Shown in pieces: positions 1 through 8,984 of a stretch of DNA of 64,000 nt; the first letter of the stretch is position 1, and every line of letters begins with the position of its first letter. This stretch comes from Pseudomonadota bacterium (GTDB lineage Bacteria > Pseudomonadota > Alphaproteobacteria > Sphingomonadales > SMXR01). The notes under the pieces were generated by a model. It did no database searches and was not told where the DNA came from. It saw only the letters and a list, made by a program, of their open reading frames with translations. The translations under genes were made by a program, and so were the position numbers. The stretch spans positions 704-64,703 of the forward strand of contig JACZSK010000004.1 in NCBI GenBank assembly GCA_022574255.1. Direction: 5' to 3'.

Positions 1-858
1 GAAGCGGCGGGAACGGTGGTCGGCGTTGGCGGGGATGTCACGGATTACAAGGAAGGCGACCGGGTCGCCATGTTCCCCGGCGCCTATTGCGGTGAATGTG
101 CCTATTGCCGGGCCGGGCGCCATTCGCTGTGCGAGAACAGCAAGGTCTACGGCATGGCCCGGGACGGCGGGTTGGCGCATTACATGACCGCGCCGGCGCG
201 CGCGGTGATCCCCATTCCCGACGGCGTGCCATTCGAAATAGCCGCCATCATCACCGACGGCGTCTCGACGCCGCTGCACGCGCTGAGGGGCCGGGGCAAG
301 CTGGTTGAGGGCGAGGCGGTGGCCGTCGTCGGCTGTGGCGGGCTCGGCACCCATGCGGTGATGCTTGCCAAACTGCTGGGCGCCGGCACCATCGTGGCGG
401 TCGATATCCAGCCCGAGGCCCGCGAACGGGCGCTGGAACTGGGCGCCGACCTGGCACTGGACCCGATGGACGCGGATGCCATAAAGACCATGCGCAGCCA
501 TCTGGGGCGACGGGGCGTCGACCTGGCGCTGGAATTTGTTGGCCGAGCCAAAACGGCAGAGATGGCGATAAAGCTCCTCGACAAGTGCGGGCGCGCGGTT
601 TTCGTGGGGGTCGGCATGGAGCGCCCGTCATTGCCGCCAATGATCGCTTTTGTCGGTCGCGAACAGTCGGTAATTGGATCGTTCGGCATGGACCGGGCGG
701 ATATAGAGGACCTCTTTTTGATGGTCGTGGAGGGCAGGCTCGATTTGTCCGGCTCGGTCAGCGCCCGCTATTCACTAGCCGACGCCAATGATGCGCTGCA
801 GCATCTGGTGCGCAAGGAAACAGGCACTGTCCGCGTTGTCGTCGTACCCGGGGACTGA
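1..858 (+). CDS. Zn-dependent alcohol dehydrogenase (MDR family), 5'-truncated by window edge
   Basis: Structural Zn motif CGECAYCRAGRHSLC and Rossmann motif GCGGLG; frame is open from position 1 (EAAGTVVGVG, the segment after the GHE motif). Confidence 0.9.
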   Translation, partial: EAAGTVVGVGGDVTDYKEGDRVAMFPGAYCGECAYCRAGRHSLCENSKVYGMARDGGLAHYMTAPARAVIPIPDGVPFEIAAIITDGVSTPLHALRGRGKLVEGEAVAVVGCGGLGTHAVMLAKLLGAGTIVAVDIQPEARERALELGADLALDPMDADAIKTMRSHLGRRGVDLALEFVGRAKTAEMAIKLLDKCGRAVFVGVGMERPSLPPMIAFVGREQSVIGSFGMDRADIEDLFLMVVEGRLDLSGSVSARYSLADANDALQHLVRKETGTVRVVVVPGD

Positions 859-867
859 GGAAATTCG

Positions 868-2697
868 ATGGGGGAGATGAGTACAGGTTCGACTGCGGAA
901 CAGCCCGCCACCATTGCCGCGCAATTCCTGGCGACCGTGGCCCGATACGGCGAGCGGCCCGCCATGCGCAGAAAAATCGATGGCATATGGCAACCCCTGA
1001 GCTGGCGTGATTACGGGAAGCATGTGCGCCAAGCCGGCCTTGGCCTGAAGGCGCTGGGCATCAAACGCGGCGAAAGCATTTGTATTCTCGGCGACAATTG
1101 CATGGAGTGGCTGGCCGCGGATATGGGCGCCATCGGCATCGGCGCCGCCTCGGTGGGCATTTACACCACCAGCGCGCCGGCGCAGGTCGAACATATTCTG
1201 CGCGATACGGGCGCGTGCGTGCTGTTCGCCGATGCCGCCCGGCTGAAGAACGCACTGGCTGTGCGCGAGAGAGTCCCGGGCCTGGAGCATATCGTGCTGT
1301 TCGCCGGGCCCGGCGATGACAAAAGCGGCGCTCCGGACGTTCTTCACTGGAGCCAGTTGCTTGATAAGGGCCGCGTCCTGGATGACGAAAAACCCGGGCT
1401 CTGGGAGGAATCCATCGCCGGGACCAGACCCGATGACCTGGCCATCCTGATCTATACGTCGGGCACTACCGGCCCGCCCAAGGGGGCCATGCTCAGCCAC
1501 GCCAACCTGTTGTTCCAGTTGGTCGTTCAGCAGGATTTGATGCCCATCGGGCCCGACGACGAATTGATCTCCTTCCTTCCGCTCAGCCATATTGGCGAAC
1601 GGTTGATGGGGGATTTCCGGCCGATGATGTCGGGCGCCGTCGTCAGTTTTATCGAGAGCCCCGAGAAATTTGCCGAGAATCTCCGCGAAATCTCGCCGAC
1701 GGTTTTTTTCTCGGTGCCCCGGGTGTGGGAAAAATTCCACGCCGGGATTACCGGCGCCATGGCCCGGCAATCATGGCTGTCCCGGGTGCCTTATCATCTG
1801 GCGCTCGGCATCGGCGACAGGGTGGCGCTGCGGCGGCAGGCGGGAAAATCCATTCCCTGGCTTCTCGGTATTCTTCATGGCATCGCGGAAAGGCGTGTGC
1901 TCAGGCCGCTGCGCGATATGATCGGCATGGGCCGTGCACATTCCGTCTTGAGCGGCGCCGCGCCCATCGCCCATGAGATGATCCGCTGGTTTTTCGCCCT
2001 CGGGCTGGATATGCGCGAGACCTATGGTCTGACCGAGACCTCGGGCGTGGTCAGCTTTCCGCCGCTGAATATCCGCAAGCCCGGCTCGGTGGGCCAGGCA
2101 TTGCCGGGCTCGGAGGTCAGGATTGCCGAAGATGGCGAAATTCTCGTCCGCGGGGCCCATATCATCCGCGGCTATCTGAATATGCCCGAGGAGAGTGCGG
2201 CGGCCATCATCGACGGCTGGCTGCATACCGGCGACCTGGGGCGGCTGGACGCAGACGGCTTCCTGACCATCACCGGGCGCAAGAAGGACATTATCATCAC
2301 CGCCGGTGGCAAGAACGTCTCGCCTTCCGAGATCGAGAATCAGCTCAAGTTCGACCCGCTGATCGCCGATGCCATGGTGGTCGGCGACGGGCGGAAATAT
2401 CTCACCTGCCTGATTATACCCAATCCGGAAAATGTCGGAGCTCTGGCCGCAGCGACTGGCGTAAACATCGACGATCTGGCGGAATTATGCCGATTGCCAC
2501 TGGTGGTGGATGCCATTCAGGCGGCCATCGACGCGGTCAGCGCCAATTTCTCGCGGGTCGAGCAGATCAAGAAATTCCGCTTCATGACGACGCCGCTGGT
2601 GCCCGGCTCTGACGAGATCACACCGACCATGAAGCTGAAACGCGACGCCATGACCCGCAAATATGCCGATCTGATCGAAGAGATGTACGCGGATTAG
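868..2697 (+). CDS. Long-chain fatty-acid--CoA ligase (AMP-dependent synthetase)
   Basis: Motifs YTSGTTGPPKG, YGLTE, GWLHTGDLG, ITGRKKD, TPTMKLKR. Confidence 0.9.
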   Translation: MGEMSTGSTAEQPATIAAQFLATVARYGERPAMRRKIDGIWQPLSWRDYGKHVRQAGLGLKALGIKRGESICILGDNCMEWLAADMGAIGIGAASVGIYTTSAPAQVEHILRDTGACVLFADAARLKNALAVRERVPGLEHIVLFAGPGDDKSGAPDVLHWSQLLDKGRVLDDEKPGLWEESIAGTRPDDLAILIYTSGTTGPPKGAMLSHANLLFQLVVQQDLMPIGPDDELISFLPLSHIGERLMGDFRPMMSGAVVSFIESPEKFAENLREISPTVFFSVPRVWEKFHAGITGAMARQSWLSRVPYHLALGIGDRVALRRQAGKSIPWLLGILHGIAERRVLRPLRDMIGMGRAHSVLSGAAPIAHEMIRWFFALGLDMRETYGLTETSGVVSFPPLNIRKPGSVGQALPGSEVRIAEDGEILVRGAHIIRGYLNMPEESAAAIIDGWLHTGDLGRLDADGFLTITGRKKDIIITAGGKNVSPSEIENQLKFDPLIADAMVVGDGRKYLTCLIIPNPENVGALAAATGVNIDDLAELCRLPLVVDAIQAAIDAVSANFSRVEQIKKFRFMTTPLVPGSDEITPTMKLKRDAMTRKYADLIEEMYAD

Positions 2698-2704
2698 CAC
2701 CGCG

Positions 2705-3059
2705 GGGGCGGTCAGCTTAACTTGAGCCGGCATAGCCAAAACTCAGAGCCAGAGCGGCTCACACAGCCGCAGCCACTATCATCCACTCTGCCATCGCCTG
2801 GTTGCGGAAAGTTCGGAAGCGGGCGTAGGCTTGGCCGAATTTAAGAACCCACAACCGAGCTGTTTCGCAGCTGACTTCGATGCCACGTCCGGCCAAAATA
2901 TCCTCGACATCCCGGTAGCTCATCGTGAAACCGAAGTACAGCCAAACAGTCTGGCGAATGATGCCCGGGTGAAAGCGGTGGCGGCGGCATGATATTTTCT
3001 GCATTAGGGAAAGTTATCAGGCAAACACGCGATCACCGATGAGCTAATTTGCCAGATCC
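2705..3059 (-). mobile_element. Internally deleted IS6-family remnant
   Basis: ORF 2759-3004 joins an IS6 transposase N-terminus (RHRFHPGIIRQTVWLY..SYRDVEDILA.RG) directly to a C-terminus (FRTFRNQAMAEW..AAAV); degenerate IRs at 2705-2721 and 3043-3059; homologous to 56622-57317. Confidence 0.8.
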
Positions 3060-3078
3060 GGCCTACGGCCTGGCTGCC

Positions 3079-3192
3079 GGTTCGCAGGGATTCGAGTGGT
3101 GGTGGACGCAGTCTCGGGCGAACCGGTCTCCGACGAAAATAAGGGCGATTTTCCTGTTAAACAGGGAATTAAATCGGTGGAACAGGGATTTT
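3079..3192 (+). repeat. Junction element copy 1 (short form)
   Basis: TGGTGGTGGACGCAGTCTCGGGCGAACCGGTCTC at 3097, CAGGGA boxes at 3162 and 3183; homologous to 37043, 40366, 57445. Confidence 0.85.
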
Positions 3193-3246
3193 TACGGGCT
3201 AAATTTTGAATCAGCCGAGCGGATTGTGACTTCTCTAATCCAATAC

Positions 3247-3410
3247 GGCCTTGTCAGGCTAAACGATCCACGGGTGTGGACAGGTTCAAGTGAGGTTTTC
3301 ACACAGGGGCAGTCGTGCTTTTCCACGCATCGAAGGCTTTGGTTTGATATTGCTTGAACGTGGGGCGGTTGATGAAATAGCGCTGAACGTAGAATGTGTT
3401 GTGGGTAATG
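3247..3410 (-). mobile_element. IS6 right-end fragment (IR plus transposase 3' end)
   Basis: IR-like GGCCTTGTCAGGCTAAA at 3247; ~3300-3402 aligns by eye with 56625-56724 (GGGCGGTTGATGA...GTAGAATGTGTTGT). Confidence 0.75.
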
Positions 3411-3412
3411 GC

Positions 3413-4804
3413 TCAACCTTCCCAGTGGCCTTCGCGCTTCAAATCCACCATCGTCTGTTCTATTGCCTGACGCAGCCGTGAGACGACAAAATCCACGTCG
3501 CTCTTCGTCATGGTCAACGGCGGCGACATGATATTGAGATCGACACTTGGACGAACAATAAGGCCAAGCTTCTCAGCACGGTCAGAAATCCACTTGCCGA
3601 TATCAATTTCTGGCGAGAAAAACGCCTTGGTTTCCTTGTCCCGCACGTTGACGACGCACATCATGAACATGTCGCCGCGGATATCGCCGACAATGGGCAG
3701 GTCGAGCAACGTGTGCAGCTGGTCGCGGAAGTAGGGACCAACTTCCTTGACGTTATCAAAGAGTTTCTCGCGCTCCATGATCTCTATGTTTTTCAGGGCC
3801 GCGGCGCAGGCCACCGGATGTCCCGAATAGGTAAAACCCATGGCAAAACAGCGGTCCTGGTCATCCGAAATCAAATCATAGATGCGATCGGAGAAAATAC
3901 AGGCACCGAGCGGCAGGTAGCCGGAGGTTAATCCCTTGGCGCAGACCAGGATATCCGGCTGAACGTCGAAAAGGTCTTTGGACACAAACCAGTGGCCGAG
4001 ACGGCCAAAGCCGGTCACCACTTCATCCGCCACATAAAGGATGTCGTATTTCTGGCAGAGCTCAAAGGTGCGCCGGTTATAGCCTTGGGGCGGCACGATC
4101 ACGCCGCCCGAACCAAGAATTGGCTCAGCCCAGAAAGCGGCGATCTTGTCCGCGCCAATCTCCAGGATCTTGTTCTCCATCTCTTGGAGGAGATAGTCGC
4201 AAAATGCTCCCTCTGTGGTAATGCCCTCCGGCGCCCGGTACAGATTAGGGCTGGCCAGATGATGAATGATGTCCGTCATGAACTGGAATTCCGGTATCCG
4301 GTCTCCCGCCTTGCCGCTGAGCGAGGCCGCAAAATAAGTGCCCCCGTGATAGGAATCATGATGGCTGAGGATATGCTTCTTGTCCGGTGTGCCACGGCTG
4401 GCCTGATAAAACTGGACCAGCCGGAAGGCCATGTCGTTGGCTGTTGACCCGCCGCCGGTATAGAACACGTGGTTGAGATCACCGGGCGCAAGCCCGGCCA
4501 GCTTTTCGCTGAGTTCCGCCGCTGGCACGTTGGTCATATCGACGAATGGATTTGCATAGGCCAGGTCCACAACCTGGCGGGCGATCGCCTCCGCCATTTC
4601 CTCGCGGCCAAGGCCAATATTGGTGCACCACATTCCGCCGACGGCGTCGAAATACTCGTTGCCCTCCGCGTCCGAGATGCGGCAGCCCTCGCCCTTTTTC
4701 ATTACCAGACTGCCCGTCTTGTCGAAGCTGGCGAAATGCTGGTACGGATGGACAAAATACCTGCGGTCCTTTTCCCAGACTTCTTTGGCGGAATTCGAGC
4801 GCAT
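3413..4804 (-). CDS. Class III PLP aminotransferase (omega-amine/polyamine transaminase)
   Basis: DAVGGMWC, SYHG, AEPILGSGGVIVPP, ADEVVTGFGR, AKGLTSGYLP, GFTYSGHP. Confidence 0.9.
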   Translation of the reverse strand: MRSNSAKEVWEKDRRYFVHPYQHFASFDKTGSLVMKKGEGCRISDAEGNEYFDAVGGMWCTNIGLGREEMAEAIARQVVDLAYANPFVDMTNVPAAELSEKLAGLAPGDLNHVFYTGGGSTANDMAFRLVQFYQASRGTPDKKHILSHHDSYHGGTYFAASLSGKAGDRIPEFQFMTDIIHHLASPNLYRAPEGITTEGAFCDYLLQEMENKILEIGADKIAAFWAEPILGSGGVIVPPQGYNRRTFELCQKYDILYVADEVVTGFGRLGHWFVSKDLFDVQPDILVCAKGLTSGYLPLGACIFSDRIYDLISDDQDRCFAMGFTYSGHPVACAAALKNIEIMEREKLFDNVKEVGPYFRDQLHTLLDLPIVGDIRGDMFMMCVVNVRDKETKAFFSPEIDIGKWISDRAEKLGLIVRPSVDLNIMSPPLTMTKSDVDFVVSRLRQAIEQTMVDLKREGHWEG

Positions 4805-4918
4805 TTATTAATCCTTTCCCCTAGAATTACCTGCAATCGCGAGGCATCACTGGAACAGACCGCCGGAAGAGCAACCCTGTTTTCCCGTATACCCGGGCCC
4901 TGAAGTAAGCACCCTGAT

Positions 4919-5974
4919 ATGAATATAGATGAGATTTCGCCGCAGGATATGCGTTTTAACCCGCCAACCTTTGAAGAAGCAGAAGTTGCGGAAAAGGTAG
5001 CCGATGCGTTCGGTCTGACGGGCCAGTGGACGCCGCTTGCGGGGGAACGGGACCAGAATTTCCGGCTCAGGGCGGAAGATGGCCATAAGTATGTTGTGAA
5101 AGTCTCTGGCCCCGACGAAGACCCCGGGAGTACGGACTTTCAGGTGCAGGCTTTGCTCTATCTGGAAAAGGGTAACCCCCAAATACCGGTGCCGCGCATC
5201 ATCCGCACAAAATCCGGCAGCTGCCTCAGCGAAATAACCGATGCGGGGGGCGTGAAGCATGCCCTTCGCGTGGTCACCTATCTTGACGGCATTCCCTATA
5301 GCGAAGGGGCTTTTCCTGACGCAGAGAATTTGCAAAAAATCGGTGCTTTTCAGGGAGAGGTCGTAAACGCGCTTGCAGGATTTGAACATGAGGCATCAAG
5401 GCATTTTATGCCGTGGAACCTCTCGAACGGTATCGCCGTGTCCAAGGATTTGTGGGCTGAGGCCGCTGATGACGTCAGGACACTCGCCGCGCCCCTGCTG
5501 GACAGATTACGCCATGAGGCCCTGCCGATACTGAACGCCTGCCCGTCGCAGGTCATACACAATGACGCGCACCCAACTAATCTCTTGCGGGCAGATGCCG
5601 TTTCACCGGACATAGTTGGCCTGATTGACTTTGGCGACATGGTCTACGCCCCCATCATCAATGATTTGGCAGTTACAGCCACCACATTTCATCGCTCTGG
5701 AATAGAAGACCTGGCTACAGTGGTGAGCCTGCTGATTGGATTTCATCGCGCACACCCGCTATCGGATGTTGAGATTTCCATGTTATGGGACGCCATAATA
5801 CTGCGCGTGCTCACAACAATTTTGCTGAGCGATATAAAACTGAATATGGATAAGGATCATGATCCTTATATCATTGAGGACAGGGTGAACGCATATGCCA
5901 AACTTGAGGTCATTTGCGGTCTGGATCACGATTCTGTGGTCAACAGACTGCGGGCTGCATGTGGATTTTGCTAG
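4919..5974 (+). CDS. APH/choline-kinase-fold phosphotransferase (hydroxylysine/amino-alcohol kinase-like)
   Basis: GERDQNFRL, YVVKV, HNDAHPTN (Brenner-type motif), GLIDFGD. Confidence 0.8.
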   Translation: MNIDEISPQDMRFNPPTFEEAEVAEKVADAFGLTGQWTPLAGERDQNFRLRAEDGHKYVVKVSGPDEDPGSTDFQVQALLYLEKGNPQIPVPRIIRTKSGSCLSEITDAGGVKHALRVVTYLDGIPYSEGAFPDAENLQKIGAFQGEVVNALAGFEHEASRHFMPWNLSNGIAVSKDLWAEAADDVRTLAAPLLDRLRHEALPILNACPSQVIHNDAHPTNLLRADAVSPDIVGLIDFGDMVYAPIINDLAVTATTFHRSGIEDLATVVSLLIGFHRAHPLSDVEISMLWDAIILRVLTTILLSDIKLNMDKDHDPYIIEDRVNAYAKLEVICGLDHDSVVNRLRAACGFC

Positions 5975-5983
5975 GGCGTCATC

Positions 5984-7243
5984 ATGGAACTGGTAGAGCG
6001 CCGAGAAAGGGCCATGGGTCCTTCATATCACCTGTTTTACGACAAGCCGGCCCACCTTGTGCGCGGCGAAGGGATTTGGCTGTGGGACGCTGACGGCCGC
6101 AAATATCTCGATTGTTATAACAATGTCGCCTCCGTCGGCCATTGTCATCCCGATGTTGTGGCGGCACTTGCTGTTCAGACGGCGACACTGAACACCCATA
6201 CACGTTACCTGCATGAGAATGTGATTGAGCTGTCGGAAAAAATCGCTTCGAAATTGCCGGGTGATTTAAGCGTTTGCTTGTTCGTTTGTACAGGCACAGA
6301 AGCCAATGATTTGGCCACCCGTATTGCCCGCACAGTCACTGGCGGCGACGGCATGATGGTGTCGGAATATAGCTATCACGGCAACTCGACATTGGTGCAT
6401 ACCCTCTCGACTGCCGATAGTGATGATCGCCCGGACTGGCTCTCTCTTTTTGAAGCCCCCTGTCGATATCGCCCGGCCTTTAAAGGCGATGATCTGCTTG
6501 AAGGCTATGTGGACTCTGTGCGCGACGCCATAGGCGACCTGAAGCGGAAAAGTCACGCGCCGGCTGCAATCATGATCGACAGCATCTTTGATTGCCCGGG
6601 TACGATTGAAGCGCCAAAGGGGTATTTTAAACAGGTATATAAATCAGTACGCGACGCCGGCGGTCTGGTAATCGCAGACGAAGTGCAAGCCGGCTATTGC
6701 CGCACGGGCAATCACTGGTGGGGGTTTGAGCATGACGGTGTCGTGCCTGATATTGTGACACTGGGCAAGCCGATGGGTGCCGGCCATCCGCTGGCTGCTG
6801 TTGTGACCACCCCGGATATCGCGGCCAGATTTGCTGCTGAATTTGAATACTTCAATACCTTTGGCGGCAATCCTGTTTCCGCTGCTGTGGGTAAGGCCGT
6901 TATCGATGTCATCGACGGGGAAAGCCTTCTTGAAAATGTCACCAGAGTTGGCGCCTACACGAAGGCAGGGCTGCAAGAACTTCAGAATCAATACGACATC
7001 ATTGGCGATGTGCGCGGACGCGGTCTTTTCTTGAGCGTCGAATTGGTGAAGGACCGCGCCGTTAAAACGCCTGACCCGGAGACGGCGCGCCAAATGGCTA
7101 ATTTAATGAAAGATGAAGGCGTGCTGCTGTCCACACACGGGCGCTACAAGAACATTCTCAAGATCAGGCCCCCAATGGTTTTTTCCAAGGAAAATGCTGA
7201 CCAATTGCTTGCGACCCTGGATGCCTGTTTCCGAAAACTATAA
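5984..7243 (+). CDS. Class III PLP enzyme, ETNPPL/PHYKPL (ammonia phospho-lyase)-like
   Basis: [59 protein letters not shown]; 9 bp downstream of the kinase. Confidence 0.75.
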   Translation: MELVERRERAMGPSYHLFYDKPAHLVRGEGIWLWDADGRKYLDCYNNVASVGHCHPDVVAALAVQTATLNTHTRYLHENVIELSEKIASKLPGDLSVCLFVCTGTEANDLATRIARTVTGGDGMMVSEYSYHGNSTLVHTLSTADSDDRPDWLSLFEAPCRYRPAFKGDDLLEGYVDSVRDAIGDLKRKSHAPAAIMIDSIFDCPGTIEAPKGYFKQVYKSVRDAGGLVIADEVQAGYCRTGNHWWGFEHDGVVPDIVTLGKPMGAGHPLAAVVTTPDIAARFAAEFEYFNTFGGNPVSAAVGKAVIDVIDGESLLENVTRVGAYTKAGLQELQNQYDIIGDVRGRGLFLSVELVKDRAVKTPDPETARQMANLMKDEGVLLSTHGRYKNILKIRPPMVFSKENADQLLATLDACFRKL

Positions 7244-7324
7244 GGCGAACGACCGCAATTCTCTTTCGATTTCCGGTCGGGCCTTTCCAGCTTATTGCCG
7301 ACGGGGCCTTGTTTTTCTTTTATT

Positions 7325-8215
7325 CTATTTGAAAATAACCGTTTTATTGCCATCGAGAAATACACGATGTTCCGTATGCAGCTTCACCGCACGGGCCAGT
7401 GCAATCGTTTCCGTGTCTCTTCCGACCGACGTCAACATTTCCGGACTGTAGGTATGGTCGACCGATTGCACGGCTTGCTCGATAATCGGACCTTCATCCA
7501 GATTTGCCGTGACATAATGCGCCGTGGCGCCAATCAGTTTTACACCCCGTTCGAAAGCCTGGTGGTAGGGCTTGGCCCCCTTAAAGCCGGGCAAAAAAGA
7601 ATGGTGGATATTAATGGCGCGACCCTCCAACTCGCGGCAAAGCTTGTCAGTCAGAATTTGCATGTAACGCGCCAGCACAACCAGTTCGGTTCTGGTTTCG
7701 CTCATAATTTCCCTCAAGGCCTGCTCTTGCTGTAATTTGGTCTCCTTCGTCATTGGCAAGTGAACAAAGCGAATGCCTAAACGTTCGACCATCGGGTGCA
7801 GATCCCTGTGGTTCGAGACGACGGCTGTAATGTCTACATTCAGCTCGCCCTTCTGATGACGATAGAGCAAATCCGCCAGACAATGGTCGAACTTGCTCAC
7901 CATGATCAGGGTGCGCGTGGGCGTCGCCGCGGAATGAATGGTCCACGCCATATCAAACTTCTCGGCCACCGACGGGAATTCAGAAATGATTTTTTCCTTG
8001 GTGGATCCGTCATTTTCGATTTCAAATGCCACACGCATAAACAGGGCATTGCTGTCGCGATCGTCAAATTGCGCCAACTCATTGATGTAGCAGTCGCGGG
8101 CCGCAAGAAAGCCAGTGACGGCTGCAACAATCCCCCTGCCACCCGCACAGGTGACCCGCAAAACTAACTTCCTGTGATCAATGTGGCTCGCCGCTGAAAG
8201 TGTTGGCATTTCCAT
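7325..8215 (-). CDS. purU: Formyltetrahydrofolate deformylase
   Basis: N-terminal ACT domain, MVSKFDHCL, LARYMQIL, INIHHSFLPGFKGAKPYHQA, GATAHYVT, LDEGPIIEQ. Confidence 0.95.
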   Translation of the reverse strand: MEMPTLSAASHIDHRKLVLRVTCAGGRGIVAAVTGFLAARDCYINELAQFDDRDSNALFMRVAFEIENDGSTKEKIISEFPSVAEKFDMAWTIHSAATPTRTLIMVSKFDHCLADLLYRHQKGELNVDITAVVSNHRDLHPMVERLGIRFVHLPMTKETKLQQEQALREIMSETRTELVVLARYMQILTDKLCRELEGRAINIHHSFLPGFKGAKPYHQAFERGVKLIGATAHYVTANLDEGPIIEQAVQSVDHTYSPEMLTSVGRDTETIALARAVKLHTEHRVFLDGNKTVIFK

Positions 8216-8339
8216 ATCCTGTATTCAGTTATTTTCTCGGCGAGAAAAATATTAAAATGTTGCGTCCGGCCCGAGCCAACACAATGACGCCGCGCCCGAC
8301 CACTGGACGGGAGCGTTCGCAGCCAATTTTATGGCGGCG

Positions 8340-8684
8340 TTAGCTGATTATAAAATAGACCTTGCGGACGGTTTCCAGGACCTCTGCCGTACCTTTCCAG
8401 CCATTTGGGAAAATCCAGCTGTCGCCCGCCTTTATCTCGGTCACGAGGCCGGATTCCGAGGTAAGAACCCAATGCCCCTTAAGAAGGTGGCAGAATTCCA
8501 TGAGATCGAGATCAAGCTGCAACTTGCCCGGCTCGCATTCCCATGTTCCGGCGAACAAATTTCCTTCTTCAAAAAAACCACTGTCCGTTTGCTTTGGAAG
8601 ATCGCCGATAGGCTCGCCGAATGATTCTGCATCGATCAAATCTGTAAGGGCGGCGCATTGTTTCTGGAGGCTGATCTCGGGCAT
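8340..8684 (-). CDS. Small cupin (DUF861/EutQ-like)
   Basis: GTWECEPG, EFCHLLKG, AGDSWIFPNGWKG, VRKVY; ATG at 8684 preceded by an AGAAAGGA RBS. Confidence 0.8.
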   Translation of the reverse strand: MPEISLQKQCAALTDLIDAESFGEPIGDLPKQTDSGFFEEGNLFAGTWECEPGKLQLDLDLMEFCHLLKGHWVLTSESGLVTEIKAGDSWIFPNGWKGTAEVLETVRKVYFIIS

Positions 8685-8783
8685 TGAATTATCCTTTCTG
8701 TTCTCATGCCGGCGCTGAGCCCTGAAACCGCGCGGAAGCGGACTCGACAAACGCCGGTTGCTTATATTACCTTCTTCTGCGCA

Positions 8784-8797
8784 TTTGTGATCACAAA
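8784..8797. promoter_or_regulatory. Palindromic operator TTTGTGATCACAAA
   Basis: Perfect 14-bp palindrome in the divergent cupin/symporter intergenic region; recurs in the island. Confidence 0.8.
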
Positions 8798-8984
8798 AAT
8801 CCTGCACTATGTAGAGTGCAAGTGATCAATTGCAAAGGTGAATTTGCCAGAATCAAGTCGAAAAATTGCGATGCAATGGCCGATTTAGTGTTGGTAGTGA
8901 CGCGATAATTGCGATATTTGCGGTATCAGCCGGTCAGCGGGTATGTTGGAAGGCGGGCGTCCCAAGGGGGGATTTCGCGATCTC

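Noticed and set aside
3079-3131. tRNA gene
   Set aside because: Only a T-loop/CCA-like part; no cloverleaf can be formed by eye
3049-3357. ORFs over junction elements and IS ends (also 37042-37284, 40017-40539, 56424-56771, 57277-57672)
   Set aside because: Translations of non-coding repeats or IS antisense; reading frames not preserved between copies
8173-8182. Extra operator TGTGATCAAT
   Set aside because: Two mismatches and inside the purU coding sequence; not counted
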